A stretch of 37,875 nucleotides of DNA from Synechococcales cyanobacterium VAR_4_metabat_354 (GCA_031414775.1 JANOQI010000025.1:1-37875); one strand, 5' to 3'; numbered from the stretch's first letter, positions 17,697-28,925 are shown. Numbers and translations are program-made. The notes: generated by a model from the sequence alone, not told the origin.

Positions 17697-18591
17697 TCCG
17701 TCGTTTGGAGCGGCGCACATAGATCAAATAAGCAACCAGCACAATAAACATTACCCCGACCATCAAGGCATTAGTACTGGGACTCATGCTGAACATCAAT
17801 CTTTGATAAGTGGCAATCAACCCACCACCTGCAAATAAACTAATCACTCCGCCCAATGCCAAAAAAGGTCCCAGCGGAAATTTTTGGTCGCGCTGCCAAA
17901 AACCCAAAGCCATCGCGCCGCCAATAATTACCGAGCCAGCCCCAGAAGCGATCGCTCCGGTCAATAACACGTTTTGCCAGCCCAACCAGGCTCCAATCAA
18001 ACCCATCAGCTTGGCATCACCGCCGCCCTGTGCCAACTGACCCAGTAACAGACTACCTAGAACTTGAATGGTGTCGTACAGCCAAATTCCTAGCACCATG
18101 CCTCCGATCGATCCGACCAGATAATGCACCGCACCCACCTGACTGTGGGTAACTTGATAACCCCAATAGGTCTGAAAAATTAAGCCCAATACTAGCCCAG
18201 AGCTAGTTAACGAGTTGGGCAAGGTCATCGTGTCCAGATCGATCAAAGATAAAGCAATCAGCCAAGCCAGCAGCAGACAGTAGCCCAAGGTCTGGGTAGT
18301 CAGGCCAAATTGACTGTAAGTAAAAACGAAGGCGATCGCCGTCAGGGTCTCAACTAAAGGATAACGAGCCGAAATCTTGGTGTGGCAATGGCGACAACGC
18401 CCCCGCAACATTAACCAGCCCAAGATGGGCACATTTTCGGTAATACCCAACTGGTGTCCACATTTGGGGCAACGCGAGGGCGGCCATAACAAGGACAAAC
18501 CAGCGGGCAACCGATAGATCACCACATTCAAGAAACTGCCGATCGAGGCTCCCAAAAAGAAAATGGTGCCAGCAATAAGTTGGTCAGCCAT
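17671..18591 (-). CDS. pilD: Prepilin peptidase/N-methyltransferase
   Basis: GSFLNVVIYRLP, CPKC / CRHC Zn motifs, IDLD, GGGDAKL. Confidence 0.95.
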   Translation of the reverse strand: MADQLIAGTIFFLGASIGSFLNVVIYRLPAGLSLLWPPSRCPKCGHQLGITENVPILGWLMLRGRCRHCHTKISARYPLVETLTAIAFVFTYSQFGLTTQTLGYCLLLAWLIALSLIDLDTMTLPNSLTSSGLVLGLIFQTYWGYQVTHSQVGAVHYLVGSIGGMVLGIWLYDTIQVLGSLLLGQLAQGGGDAKLMGLIGAWLGWQNVLLTGAIASGAGSVIIGGAMALGFWQRDQKFPLGPFLALGGVISLFAGGGLIATYQRLMFSMSPSTNALMVGVMFIVLVAYLIYVRRSKRRIKSDGLDD

Positions 18592-18593
18592 TG

Positions 18594-18827
18594 CTAGTTA
18601 GCGGCAAAATGCTGAAGTGGCACAAAACATTCTTCGGGCAGCAAAACTTGTACTGGCCGGAAGGAAAGCTGGCTCCGACCAGAGTACTGATGCACAACTA
18701 CCCCCACTGGCTCTTTGGAGCGGCTTTCATGAATGTCTAGATAGGTTTCGTATAAGTCCCGCGCGGCATTGATCACAGCGGGGTCTTGCAAAGCAGTATG
18801 GTGAGATCGCACAGATGGTGTGTACAT
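18594..18827 (-). CDS. Small hypothetical protein
   Basis: 77 aa, packed between leuB and pilD. Confidence 0.7.
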   Translation of the reverse strand: MYTPSVRSHHTALQDPAVINAARDLYETYLDIHESRSKEPVGVVVHQYSGRSQLSFRPVQVLLPEECFVPLQHFAAN

Positions 18828-18856
18828 GAGATTTAATAAATAAGAAATAGAAAGGT

Positions 18857-19942
18857 TTAGGTAGCTAATGCTTGCATCAGCATTTTGCCAATTTCAGTAC
18901 AGCCGACCAAGGTCATGCCTGGAGACATGATATCGCCAGTGCGGTAGCCCTGACTCAATACTTGGAGCACCGCCGACTCAATCCTTTGAGCAGCCGGAGT
19001 TTCGTTTAAGCCATATTTCAGCAGCATGGCGGCGCTGAGAACTTGGGCGAGGGGGTTAGCTTTATTCTGCCCAGCAATGTCTGGCGCGGAACCATGGACT
19101 GGTTCAAATACGCCTAATCCGCTCGCTCCCAAGCTGGCTGAAGGTAACATGCCAATACTGCCAGTAAGCATAGCGGCAATATCGGAGAGGATATCGCCAA
19201 ATAAGTTGCTAGTCACAATCGTATCAAATTGTTTGGGGGCACGGAGTAGCTGCATGGCAGCATTATCTACATACAAGTGCGTTAGTTCTACATCGGGATA
19301 TTCGGCGGCAAGAGCTGTTACTCGATCGCGCCACAGTTGCGAAACTTCTAAGACGTTGGCCTTATCAACGGAGCAGAGCTTTTTCTGACGTTTTTGAGCA
19401 GTGGTAAAAGCGACCCGAGCAATTCGATCGATCTCACTCACGGTATAGGCCATGGTATTAACCCCCCGCTGTTCGCCGGTTTCGCTGGTGAATATACCCC
19501 GGGGTTGGCCAAAGTAAATGCCACCGGTGAGTTCCCGTACCACCATGATATCTACGCCCTCAATGATTTCTTTTTTGAGGGAAGAAGCATCGATGAGCTG
19601 GGGAATAATAGCAGCTGGCCGCAGATTAGCAAATAATTCCAAACCGGATCGCAAGCCGAGCAAGCCGGTTTCCGGGCGTTGGGCGCGAGGTAAATTATCC
19701 CATTTGTAGCCGCCAATGGCGGCTAACAGTACGGCATCGCTGTCTTTACAGGCAGCTAAGGTGGCAGCGGGTAAAGGTTCGCCAGTTTGATCGATCGCCA
19801 CGCCGCCAATCAAGGCTTCTTGAAAAGTGAATTGAATATTTTCCAGTTGACCGACAGCTTTGAGGACATCTACCGCTACTGCCATGATTTCTGGGCCAAT
19901 GCCATCGCCAGGTAACAGAGTGATGCGGTAGTTTTTACTCAT
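18857..19942 (-). CDS. leuB: 3-isopropylmalate dehydrogenase
   Basis: [31 protein letters not shown]. Confidence 0.98.
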   Translation of the reverse strand: MSKNYRITLLPGDGIGPEIMAVAVDVLKAVGQLENIQFTFQEALIGGVAIDQTGEPLPAATLAACKDSDAVLLAAIGGYKWDNLPRAQRPETGLLGLRSGLELFANLRPAAIIPQLIDASSLKKEIIEGVDIMVVRELTGGIYFGQPRGIFTSETGEQRGVNTMAYTVSEIDRIARVAFTTAQKRQKKLCSVDKANVLEVSQLWRDRVTALAAEYPDVELTHLYVDNAAMQLLRAPKQFDTIVTSNLFGDILSDIAAMLTGSIGMLPSASLGASGLGVFEPVHGSAPDIAGQNKANPLAQVLSAAMLLKYGLNETPAAQRIESAVLQVLSQGYRTGDIMSPGMTLVGCTEIGKMLMQALAT

Positions 19943-20016
19943 TTTTTTACTCTAAAGATTGCTGAGATTAGGATTCTACCGTTTTTGGTGGCTAGCTGTC
20001 ATGCTCATAATATTTT

Positions 20017-20409
20017 CTAAAAGAAAAAAGTATCAGCGAAAATAGTCCACAGTGCTGCGACAACAGCAATTTTCGCCACTTTCTGAGCCGACTCCTGTGG
20101 AGCGACTAATAACCCCAAAACTAATACTGTCAGACCAAATACACAGACTCCATTTAAAGCATCCGCCCAAGAGATGCGCAGATAAGAATGATCGACATTG
20201 AGATAAATAGTCGATCGATTAAATTCAATACTCCAGTTCCATAGGATGGAGCCGATCGCCGTAGTCAATCCGGTGGCAATCTGCCTGGGACGAGATATTC
20301 TGATCTTCAATAAAAATAGCAACAGGATTGTTACTAATCCGTTCAATAACGACCAACAAAAAATGTATGGAGTCAGGTAAAAAATGGGAGTAGTCAAAAA
20401 GTTGATCAT
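20017..20409 (-). CDS. Hypothetical membrane protein
   Basis: About 4 hydrophobic segments; ATG directly follows the upstream stop. Confidence 0.7.
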   Translation of the reverse strand: MINFLTTPIFYLTPYIFCWSLLNGLVTILLLFLLKIRISRPRQIATGLTTAIGSILWNWSIEFNRSTIYLNVDHSYLRISWADALNGVCVFGLTVLVLGLLVAPQESAQKVAKIAVVAALWTIFADTFFF

Positions 20410-21342
20410 TTAAGAGTCAGCAGAACGCTGGAGCCAGTCTGTTAAATCCTGACTAATGCTGAAATCCAATAGATCCTCACCGAGTTGTTCTAATTGATCG
20501 ATCGGCAACTTCCCAATTCTCGCCACAGTCTCATCAGAAACCAGACCAACCCGACGATTTAACTGTCGAAGAACCAATTCAGCTTTACCTCTGGCTTCGC
20601 CCATTCTTTCGATACTAGTGATGTAAGGCATATTCTTATCTCCTTCATAGATAGCTAAATCGTTTATAAAAGCTGCTTCTAGCTCTGCTGGCAGTGTAAG
20701 CACCCAATCAATAAACCGAAACAGGTCAATGATTTCTTGACGGCTATATCGCTGTTCATACAACATCGTCGTCAACGCAAACTTCTGTTTTCGACGACGC
20801 TGCTGACTTTCCTTGCCCTTGGTAGCTTGAGCTGATAGATGAGCCTGTACCACCACAGCAAATGGATTATCACTAGCTTCCAATTCTCTTTGCCGCCTCT
20901 TATAGTCTATCAATTTTGCGATGGGAAAAGAGAACTGCAGGCAACAAGCTAACGTCTCCGTCGTAAACGATTGAGGTCGCCAGTTAGAATCGGTATCTCC
21001 CAGAACCGCAAAGCTAGCCACTTCCCTCTGAAACTTATCGCGCAGCCGCGCAAAATAGATAAAAACCCGCTCACCAAAATCGGTCTCTTTTTGATTCTGA
21101 ACCTCGATGTGCGCAACAATCCATTGTTCTTGGCCATTTCGTAAATAGACTTTGACCAGCTTGTCGGTAATTTTCTTGCCCGTTTCAGCTTCACGGGTAA
21201 TTTGTTGAAGCTCTCCATCCAAAAACTCAAAACCTTGGCTCCAGTCGATCTGGCTGTAAGCTTCTGGGAAAAAGAAAGCCATGAACTGGGGGAAGTAGGC
21301 TTCTAAAATCTGCTTCCATGGCGTATCTAGCGGGGTTGTCAT
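20410..21342 (-). CDS. Rpn/PD-(D/E)xK-like protein with C-terminal DUF4351
   Basis: DTPWKQIL...FLDGEL...DKLVKV...HIEVQ; LRQLNRRVG...LEQLGEDLLDF...DL..WL. Confidence 0.88.
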   Translation of the reverse strand: MTTPLDTPWKQILEAYFPQFMAFFFPEAYSQIDWSQGFEFLDGELQQITREAETGKKITDKLVKVYLRNGQEQWIVAHIEVQNQKETDFGERVFIYFARLRDKFQREVASFAVLGDTDSNWRPQSFTTETLACCLQFSFPIAKLIDYKRRQRELEASDNPFAVVVQAHLSAQATKGKESQQRRRKQKFALTTMLYEQRYSRQEIIDLFRFIDWVLTLPAELEAAFINDLAIYEGDKNMPYITSIERMGEARGKAELVLRQLNRRVGLVSDETVARIGKLPIDQLEQLGEDLLDFSISQDLTDWLQRSADS

Positions 21343-21402
21343 AACATTTCATACTTGATGAGAATTGCTTAGAACAAAAAGTGGTTGATCTAAAATCAAG
21401 AT

Positions 21403-22323
21403 TTACTGAGCTTGATTTTTGAGTCGATCGGACTTCCCCGGATGCAAGCTCTGAAAATACAAACCGCCCACCGTCGCCATGAAGGTCACATAAGCCAAGA
21501 GCTGCAAAGTATACAGTCGATCGCGATAACCCAGCAGCACTTTTAAGAACACCCCCGGAAAACCTCGATCTGGTAAAATTTCATGCAAATCCCACACCTG
21601 CTGACCCAAATTGCACACGGCCGAGTCAGTAGATAAACAAAGACTTTGAGCCGGATGCAGCTGCGACCAATAACCCGCGGCCAAGTCTAAATGCTGCAAC
21701 GTCGAAACCACTAAACCCGCTACAATCAAGAGCAAAATCACGCCCATCACCTGAAAGAATTGGCGCAGATTGATTTTAATTCCCCACCGGAATAACAACA
21801 GCGCCAGTAGTGCCGCTGTCAGTAAACCACCAACCACTCCACCTACCGTACTCCAACCAGGCTGGGTCTGAGACACCGTAAATAGAGCTGTTTCCAGACC
21901 CTCGCGCAGAATGGCGATCAATACCAACCCTAAAATTGGCCAGCCGGAAGATTGCGCCAAAGCTCGATCAACTTCTCCGACTACTTGCGCCCTCAGACCC
22001 CGCGCTTGGGTAGTCATCCAAATCAACATCCAGCTCAACATACCGATTGTCACCAAGCTAGTACCGCCCTTCCACAGCTCTTGCCAGACCAAAGTGTCTG
22101 ACCTGTCGATCCGCGCCAAATAAGCCGTCAAAAAATTCAGCAACCAGCCGCCAGCTGCACTCAGAAAGATCCCTACGGCCACGCCTACGTAAACCCAGCG
22201 GTAGAGAGACTGCTGACCTGCCTTGGTCAGACAAGCCAACACAATCCCCACTACCAAGGCCGCCTCGGTACCTTCCCGGAGAGCGATCGCAAACACCGGC
22301 AGCGCGGCAGTCCAGTCCATCAT
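21403..22323 (-). CDS. FTR1/EfeU family iron permease
   Basis: Two RExxE motifs (REGTE, REGLE). Confidence 0.93.
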   Translation of the reverse strand: MMDWTAALPVFAIALREGTEAALVVGIVLACLTKAGQQSLYRWVYVGVAVGIFLSAAGGWLLNFLTAYLARIDRSDTLVWQELWKGGTSLVTIGMLSWMLIWMTTQARGLRAQVVGEVDRALAQSSGWPILGLVLIAILREGLETALFTVSQTQPGWSTVGGVVGGLLTAALLALLLFRWGIKINLRQFFQVMGVILLLIVAGLVVSTLQHLDLAAGYWSQLHPAQSLCLSTDSAVCNLGQQVWDLHEILPDRGFPGVFLKVLLGYRDRLYTLQLLAYVTFMATVGGLYFQSLHPGKSDRLKNQAQ

Positions 22324-23352
22324 TTAATCCGCAAAAACATTGCGATACAAGTCTTCTGGATTCGGTTCGGGGCTATTTTCCGCAAACTCCACTGAATCAT
22401 CGACAATGGCTTGAATTTCCTTGTCAATTTCCTTGAGTTCCTTTTGGGAAGACAGCTCATGCTCGATCAAGTGTTTAGCAAACATTTTGATCGGATCGCG
22501 AGCAAACCAAAAATCTTTTTCTTCCTGGGATCGCAACTCGTCCGGATCAGCCAGCGAGTGGCCGCGGAAACGGTAGGTCAAAGCTTCGATCAGGGTTGGA
22601 CCTTCGCCCGCCCGTGCCCGCCGCACCGCTTCTTTAGCCACCCGATAGACAGCCCGCACATCCATCCCGTCAACTTCGATCCCCGGCATCCCAAAAGCGG
22701 CACCCTTGGTATAAATTTCTGGGATCGAAGTCGCCCGTTCATGAGACATGCCGATCGCCCACTTGTTATTTTCCACCACAAAGATAGCTGGCAGCTTCCA
22801 CAGCGCCGCCATATTCAAACATTCAAAGAATTGACCATTATTGGCCGTTCCATCTCCAAAAAAGCTGGCGGACACCAGATCATGGCCAGGGTCATTTAAG
22901 GCTTCCCGGCGATATTTACTAGCAAAAGCTGCTCCAGTGGCAACCGGAATACCCTCAGCGATAAAAGCATAGCCCCCCAACAAACGATGTTCCGCTGAGA
23001 ACATGTGCATAGAACCGCCTCGTCCTTTGCTACAGCCTGTTTCTTTCCCAAATAGCTCGGCCATTACTTCCCGTGCTGGCACCCCGGCACTGAGGGCATG
23101 CACATGATCTCGATAGGTACTAGAAACATAGTCCTGACCAGGCCGCATTGCTTTAATGACCCCCGAAGAGATGGCTTCCTGACCATTGTAAAGGTGCACA
23201 AAGCCAAACATCTTGCCCCGGTAGTACATTTCGGCACACTTGTCTTCAAACGTGCGCCCCAGCACCATATCCCGATATAGCATTAGTCCTTCTGCGGTGG
23301 TGATCTCACCCTGTTGGGGTTGGAAGGCTGGTAAAACTCTATCTTGAACCAT
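22324..23352 (-). CDS. pdhA: Pyruvate dehydrogenase E1 alpha
   Basis: [15 protein letters not shown]...ENN TPP motif, [11 protein letters not shown]. Confidence 0.98.
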   Translation of the reverse strand: MVQDRVLPAFQPQQGEITTAEGLMLYRDMVLGRTFEDKCAEMYYRGKMFGFVHLYNGQEAISSGVIKAMRPGQDYVSSTYRDHVHALSAGVPAREVMAELFGKETGCSKGRGGSMHMFSAEHRLLGGYAFIAEGIPVATGAAFASKYRREALNDPGHDLVSASFFGDGTANNGQFFECLNMAALWKLPAIFVVENNKWAIGMSHERATSIPEIYTKGAAFGMPGIEVDGMDVRAVYRVAKEAVRRARAGEGPTLIEALTYRFRGHSLADPDELRSQEEKDFWFARDPIKMFAKHLIEHELSSQKELKEIDKEIQAIVDDSVEFAENSPEPNPEDLYRNVFAD

Positions 23353-23560
23353 TGCACACTCTGTATATGTCTTTAGAACATGTTAAATATCTCTTATGGA
23401 TATTATTTTATGGCTTTTTGGCGTTGCTGGTGTGGTTAAAATGGCGGAAGAACTAATCAATTCATTGCTAAAATTGACACCATATTCAATAATTTATGGT
23501 TGATGTAGCGCCAGCGCGTTAATATCTAGGTCAAACTTCGCATGTTGTTGTGGGTGAGTT

Positions 23561-25813
23561 GTGCGTATTCCACTTGATTACTATCAAATTCTCAGTGTCC
23601 CCACCGTCGCTACCATGGGACAAATTCAGCAGGCTTATGCCGATCGCAATTTACAACAATTGCGTCATGAATATACGGCGCTGGCAATCGAGTCTCGGCG
23701 AAAACTGTTAAAAGATGCTTACGAAGTTTTGGCACATCCGTCAGAACGTTCCCAGTATGATGCTACGCAGATGGCTGACAATCTGCACTTTACCCCCGGT
23801 GAAAACCCCCTAGGCAATCTAGATTTAGATAACGATCGAGTCCTCGGCGGGTTTCTGATTCTCTCAGAACTGGGTGAATATGAGCAAGTGCTATCGATTT
23901 CTTGGCCACTGATTGGGAGTGATCAAGCGCTCTCCAAAATCACTAATGTTGCTGATCTAGAAGAAACCAGAACAGCCTTAAACTTAACGGCGGCCTTAGC
24001 CCTCTTAGAACTAGGACGAGAACGGTGGCGACAGAACGAGCCAGAGAACGGTTGTACTGCTCTAGAAACAGGTATTAAGTTACTGCGACAACAGAATGTT
24101 TTTCCCACTGTCCAGGCCGAAATTCAGAAAGAACTACATAAGTTTCGACCACAGTACATTTTATCTTTACTAACTAAAAGTATTAACGATAATGATGCAG
24201 TAACGCGCCAACAGGTGATCAGCTTGCTGCAAGAACTAGTCGAAGGCTGTAGCGGTAGACAAGGATACATGACCTACGATATGACCCAAGATGGTTTTAT
24301 TGCCTACATCGATCAGATTCGTCAATATCTGACCACTACTGAACAACAGAGCCTATTTGAAGGGCCGGCCATTCGTTTAGGCGATCCAGTTTTTACTTAT
24401 CTGTTGGTCTATGCGATGGTGGCACGCGGTTTTCACTATCGGATGCCCGAGTTGATTTACCGCGCTCATCAGCTGCTGCTCCAAAACCTCAGCCGTCTCC
24501 AGGATGTTTTTATTGAACAGGCTCTCTGTCATCTATTGCTCGGACAACAGGCGGAAGCAAACAGTGCTCTCAGTCGTAGCTGTGATCAAGAATCTTTAGG
24601 ATACATTCGCAAAAACTCGCCCACCGACAATGATCTGATTCAAGGATTATGCCGCTACAGTGAACTGTGGTTTCAATCTCAGGTTTATCCCCACTTTTTG
24701 GATCTAAACCAGCAGCAAGCTTCTTTAAGTAAATATTTTGATGACAAGCAGGTACAGGTCTATCTGGATGATTTGCCTCAGACGGAGCCGGTAGCAATGC
24801 CTGAAATGATTGATGCCCAAACGGTCTTTAATCAAGTGCCCGCTACGACTGGTTTCACTAAAAGCCAAAATGCTGAAGCTATTGCAGTACCCCTCATTTC
24901 TTCGATCGGAATGACCGAACCGATTAAAGCTAGTGAAACTATGGGAGACTTTCCCCAGGCCGAGCGGATCGGTTATTCAGAGCCAGAAATTACTTGGGGT
25001 AAATCCCCATCTGGAAATGTTGTCCCTTTTGAGCGGCCTTTCAAAAAGCGTGACTCTCTGCCCCCCAACGTCGTGGAGCTAGATGGTACCAACTACAACC
25101 CACCACTGGATCAGTTTAATGATGCGACTGGTGGTAAATTAACAGCGATTAAGGGTAAAGACAAAAACTTAACTCGTCGTCCTAGAATGATGGCTAATAA
25201 CCGGCGACGACGTCATGATCTACGCTTTTTACTGTGGTTGATCACGGGCAGTATTATTGGTTTAATCGGCCTGTCCATCACGATTTTATTGTTGGTAAAC
25301 TCTACCAAGTGGCAGGGGCAGAATTCGGTGGCGACCAGTCCCCGCAAGTCAGCAGTGGCTGTAATACCTCCAGCTCCATCGATTACCTTGCCGGTGAAAC
25401 CATCGCCCCAATTAGCAACTCTATTAGCCCCTAATAATGCCCAAGAGTTGATCGAATCTTGGCTAAAAGTTAAGGCTAGTTCACTCTCCAAACAATATGA
25501 TGTTCGTTCCTTAGAACGAGTCTTGGCTGAACCAGCTCTGACCAAAGCCCGAGGACGCGCTCAAGAGGCCAAGGCTGATGGCTCCTACTGGAAATATCAA
25601 CATCGAGTGAATCGGGTGCAGTTGCAGGCGGCTGATCCGAAGCAGCCCAGTTCTAGAATAATGAATGCCACTGTCGAAGAAACTGCTGACTACTTCGATC
25701 GAACAGGTCAGCGCAATACTAATGAGTCTTACAAGGAGACCATCCGGATTAAGTATGAATTATTGAACAAAGGTGGTCAGTGGTTAATTAAGAATATGAC
25801 TATCATTCAGTAA
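23561..25813 (+). CDS. ftn2: Cell division protein Ftn2/ZipN (ARC6 homolog)
   Basis: MRIPLDYYQIL J-like domain, LCHLLLGQ, single TM, C-terminal IMS domain; divergent from pdhA. Confidence 0.9.
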   Translation: MRIPLDYYQILSVPTVATMGQIQQAYADRNLQQLRHEYTALAIESRRKLLKDAYEVLAHPSERSQYDATQMADNLHFTPGENPLGNLDLDNDRVLGGFLILSELGEYEQVLSISWPLIGSDQALSKITNVADLEETRTALNLTAALALLELGRERWRQNEPENGCTALETGIKLLRQQNVFPTVQAEIQKELHKFRPQYILSLLTKSINDNDAVTRQQVISLLQELVEGCSGRQGYMTYDMTQDGFIAYIDQIRQYLTTTEQQSLFEGPAIRLGDPVFTYLLVYAMVARGFHYRMPELIYRAHQLLLQNLSRLQDVFIEQALCHLLLGQQAEANSALSRSCDQESLGYIRKNSPTDNDLIQGLCRYSELWFQSQVYPHFLDLNQQQASLSKYFDDKQVQVYLDDLPQTEPVAMPEMIDAQTVFNQVPATTGFTKSQNAEAIAVPLISSIGMTEPIKASETMGDFPQAERIGYSEPEITWGKSPSGNVVPFERPFKKRDSLPPNVVELDGTNYNPPLDQFNDATGGKLTAIKGKDKNLTRRPRMMANNRRRRHDLRFLLWLITGSIIGLIGLSITILLLVNSTKWQGQNSVATSPRKSAVAVIPPAPSITLPVKPSPQLATLLAPNNAQELIESWLKVKASSLSKQYDVRSLERVLAEPALTKARGRAQEAKADGSYWKYQHRVNRVQLQAADPKQPSSRIMNATVEETADYFDRTGQRNTNESYKETIRIKYELLNKGGQWLIKNMTIIQ

Positions 25814-26751
25814 TGATTGAAAGTCTATTCCAAGCTTATACGCCGCTGCTATTTTGGACTGGAATCGGCTTCTGGCTGGTCAGATTTCTTCCCAAAGAAT
25901 TCCCCCATTTGTTGGGGCGGGGTTTATATTGGGTGGGCGTACCCTGCGAAATTTTTGCTTTGGCACGGCAAATTGGTGATCTAGAAAGCACCAAGCTCGC
26001 ACCAGTAATTGCCGCCGGTTCAATTTTGCTAGGATTAGCTTTGGGTGGTATTAGCCTCTATTTTGGTTGCCGATCCAACGCTCTACCTCAGCTAGAGCGT
26101 CCAGAATTGCAAGGTAGTTGGTTACTGTGTTCGATGCTGGGTAATACCGGTTTTATTGGTCTATCGGTGGTGCCGTTTTTAGTCAGTTCTGAGCATCTGG
26201 TGTGGGCAGTATTTTATAGCGTTACCCAAAACGTTTTTGGTACTTATGGTTTAGGGGTTTTGGTGTCCAGCTTTTATGGTCGGCAAGTTGGCAGCACCAG
26301 ACCCTGGTGGGAATTACTCAAAGATTTAGTGACGGTTCCTTCGCTGTGGGGATTTTTGCTGGGATTTTCTACCCGTTCATGGTCTTTGCCGGCAGCCATC
26401 GAAACTGGTTTGCAGGGATCGGTATGGGTGGTAATTGCGGCGGCTTTTGTATTGATGGGAATTCGGCTCAGCCAGATTGAAGGTTGGCAGAGTCTGCGGT
26501 TGGCGTTGTTACCAGCAGTGCTCAAAACAATCGTGATGCCCGGAATTTTGGGACTAGTCCTGCTGACTCTGGATATTCCTCAACCAGCACGACTGGCGTT
26601 GGTAGTGATGGCTGGGGTACCCTCCGCTTTTGCCGCCTTGATTTTATCGGAAGAATACGATCTCGATCGAGACCTAGTGGCTAGCAGTATTATCAACAGC
26701 ACTGGGATATTTTTAATAATGCTCCCAGTGTGGATTTATTTATTTAGCTAG
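25813..26751 (+). CDS. AEC family transporter
   Basis: GNTGFIGL, AGVPSAF...EEYDLD; multi-TM. Confidence 0.9.
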   Translation: MIESLFQAYTPLLFWTGIGFWLVRFLPKEFPHLLGRGLYWVGVPCEIFALARQIGDLESTKLAPVIAAGSILLGLALGGISLYFGCRSNALPQLERPELQGSWLLCSMLGNTGFIGLSVVPFLVSSEHLVWAVFYSVTQNVFGTYGLGVLVSSFYGRQVGSTRPWWELLKDLVTVPSLWGFLLGFSTRSWSLPAAIETGLQGSVWVVIAAAFVLMGIRLSQIEGWQSLRLALLPAVLKTIVMPGILGLVLLTLDIPQPARLALVVMAGVPSAFAALILSEEYDLDRDLVASSIINSTGIFLIMLPVWIYLFS

Positions 26752-26756
26752 ATTTT

Positions 26757-27251
26757 TTATCTAGAGACTGGTTTGCCGTTAATCGTAGTCGTGCTATTGG
26801 TGTTTTGGCTTTGTTTTAAGCGCCAACCCTGAGGAGTCTTTACCCACAAGTCTTTATAGGTATTTTGGCTAACAATCTTGCTTTTCCCAAAAGTCAAATC
26901 GGCTCTTTGTTTAATCAAAACGTTGGCGTTACTACTATCGGCGCTAAAGTCTTGAATGGCAATTTGATTTTTTACCACCTTAACGGGAGCAGGCATAATT
27001 GAGCTATAGTACTGGCGCATTTCTCCAGCTGTACGTTGGGTACCTTTGTCATCGATGCCGATATAGTCGCTAGTGAAGTAGCTGGTGGCACTTTTAACAT
27101 CTTTGCGGATGATCGCCGAAGCAATTTTATTGTAAGTACTTTGAATTTCTTGTTTGGCGCTAGATTGATTGGCCGCCATCACGGATAGGGCGGGAATGGA
27201 AATTGCCAAAGCGGTAGCAGCCAAGAAAATGTGAGAAGTGCGATGGTGCAT
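26757..27251 (-). CDS. Secreted NTF2-like (DUF4440) protein
   Basis: Signal peptide; YKDLWVKTPQGWRL. Confidence 0.8.
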   Translation of the reverse strand: MHHRTSHIFLAATALAISIPALSVMAANQSSAKQEIQSTYNKIASAIIRKDVKSATSYFTSDYIGIDDKGTQRTAGEMRQYYSSIMPAPVKVVKNQIAIQDFSADSSNANVLIKQRADLTFGKSKIVSQNTYKDLWVKTPQGWRLKQSQNTNSTTTINGKPVSR

Positions 27252-27334
27252 GGGATTTAGCAAAAAAAAGTAACAAGTTTGTTTTCTGGACGACCGATTG
27301 TGTTCATGGGTTCCGTCCTAGAAAACCACCTGCC

Positions 27335-27374
27335 AAAAAACCTAGGCAGTAGATATTTGCTGCCTAGGTTTTTT
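27335..27374. terminator. Symmetric intrinsic terminator after the CAAD gene
   Basis: aaaaaacctaggcag...ctgcctaggtttttt. Confidence 0.85.
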
Positions 27375-27395
27375 ACTAATTTAATCTGCTAACTT

Positions 27396-27836
27396 TTAGC
27401 CTTTTTTACCAAAAATTCCGGATTTAAAGCCGTCAAATTCGCTACCTAATTCTTCCCGAGTGGAAGCTTTGAGCAGGTAACGATACACAAACCAAGCAGT
27501 GTAACCAATTCCTACCATTTCAAAAGTAGGGGCTAAGAGAGGAATCTCGTTAATGGCGGACAAAATTGCCAGGGTTAGTTTCAAGCCCACAATACTGCCT
27601 AAAACTATCCCAACAACAGTAACGGCACTTTTATTGCTGGCATAAAATTCTTTTACATAACCGGGGAGTTCATTAACCACACCCATGGCCTGCTTAACTA
27701 CGTCCGGCATATTCATATCGTCGCCAGATAGTTTAGATAAAGTACCACTGGTACTAGTATTTAGACCCAGATTGGCTGGAACTTCTGCGGTAACGGTTTC
27801 TACAACCTTTTGTACTTCTTCTTTCATTTCGCTCAT
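27396..27836 (-). CDS. curT: CAAD-domain thylakoid curvature protein (CurT-like)
   Basis: AILSAINEIPLLAPTFEMVGIGYTAWFVYRYLL...REEL. Confidence 0.85.
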   Translation of the reverse strand: MSEMKEEVQKVVETVTAEVPANLGLNTSTSGTLSKLSGDDMNMPDVVKQAMGVVNELPGYVKEFYASNKSAVTVVGIVLGSIVGLKLTLAILSAINEIPLLAPTFEMVGIGYTAWFVYRYLLKASTREELGSEFDGFKSGIFGKKG

Positions 27837-28058
27837 AGTTCTATCCTTATCTTAAGGTGATATTTTAAGGAGGCCGAATTTTTTCATTCTATCATGATGA
27901 TTTTTTATTCTTGGCATTCGCTCGATCACCATTCCCACAGCCAGCTCTCTCCACTAAAAGTATTAAAGTCGCTGAAGTGGTTGATTCAGAAATGATCCCA
28001 GCAATTAAAAAGCCCCCCGCTGTCAGCAGAAGGCTTAACATAATTTATTTAAACGGAC

Positions 28059-28925
28059 TTAGACAGCAGCTAGAAATGGGATAGCTGCGGATATTTCTGC
28101 TGATTTATCTTGGCTCCACAGAATTTCGCAAGAGTTATTAGGGCTTTCCACCAACTTGATTTTGTGTAATTCAGCACCCAAATCTCGGATCGGTTGATCT
28201 AATAACTGGGCAATATACACAGCAATATTTTCAGCGGTGGGGACAGTACCGACAAAATGGGCAATATCTTTGTTTAAGAAAGTGTGATCTAACGGTTCAA
28301 CGGCTTTTGCATCAATTAGTTTGTGTAATGCCACCAAATCTACCAACATCCCGGTGCGGGCATCGACTTCACCTTTGACAGTTACTTCCAAATGATAATT
28401 GTGGCCATGACCGTTCACCCGAGCACATTTGCCATAGATTTCGGTATTTTCAGCCAGGGTTAAATGATCTAAAGCCAAGCGGTGAGCTGCGCTGAAGTGA
28501 GTACCAACAGTCAAGAAAGCTTCCATGCCATTACCTAAATATTCTGCAAAAAGTTCGGGATGTTCAAATAGCTCAATGCGAACGAGCGGGAAATGCGGCG
28601 CTAGCTTCTGCCAAATCACCCGCGCCATGTTTTCGGTGGTGGGCAGGGTTGTGGCAAATTCTGGCCAAGCTTCATTCAATAGCCGGGAATCCAGTTGGGC
28701 GGTCACTTCCGACTTGATGACATGCTTGACATCCGATAGGTTTAGCACCATACCCTGGTCATCAATGTCGCCATAGAGAGAAATAAACAACTCGTAGTTG
28801 TGGCCGTGGCCGGAGGGCAAGCTACCCAATCCAAACTTGGCGGTATTTTCCGCCGCACTTAGCTCGGGCAAATAGTAGCGATGGCTAGCCGAAAACTGCG
28901 CTCGCCGGTTAATTACGCACTTCAT
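28059..28925 (-). CDS. Two-domain 6-pyruvoyl-tetrahydropterin synthase (PTPS-II type; often labelled QueD)
   Basis: Two FSAxHR...HGHNY...PTxEN units; the C-terminal one has CARVNGHGH (CX5HGH). Confidence 0.9.
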   Translation of the reverse strand: MKCVINRRAQFSASHRYYLPELSAAENTAKFGLGSLPSGHGHNYELFISLYGDIDDQGMVLNLSDVKHVIKSEVTAQLDSRLLNEAWPEFATTLPTTENMARVIWQKLAPHFPLVRIELFEHPELFAEYLGNGMEAFLTVGTHFSAAHRLALDHLTLAENTEIYGKCARVNGHGHNYHLEVTVKGEVDARTGMLVDLVALHKLIDAKAVEPLDHTFLNKDIAHFVGTVPTAENIAVYIAQLLDQPIRDLGAELHKIKLVESPNNSCEILWSQDKSAEISAAIPFLAAV

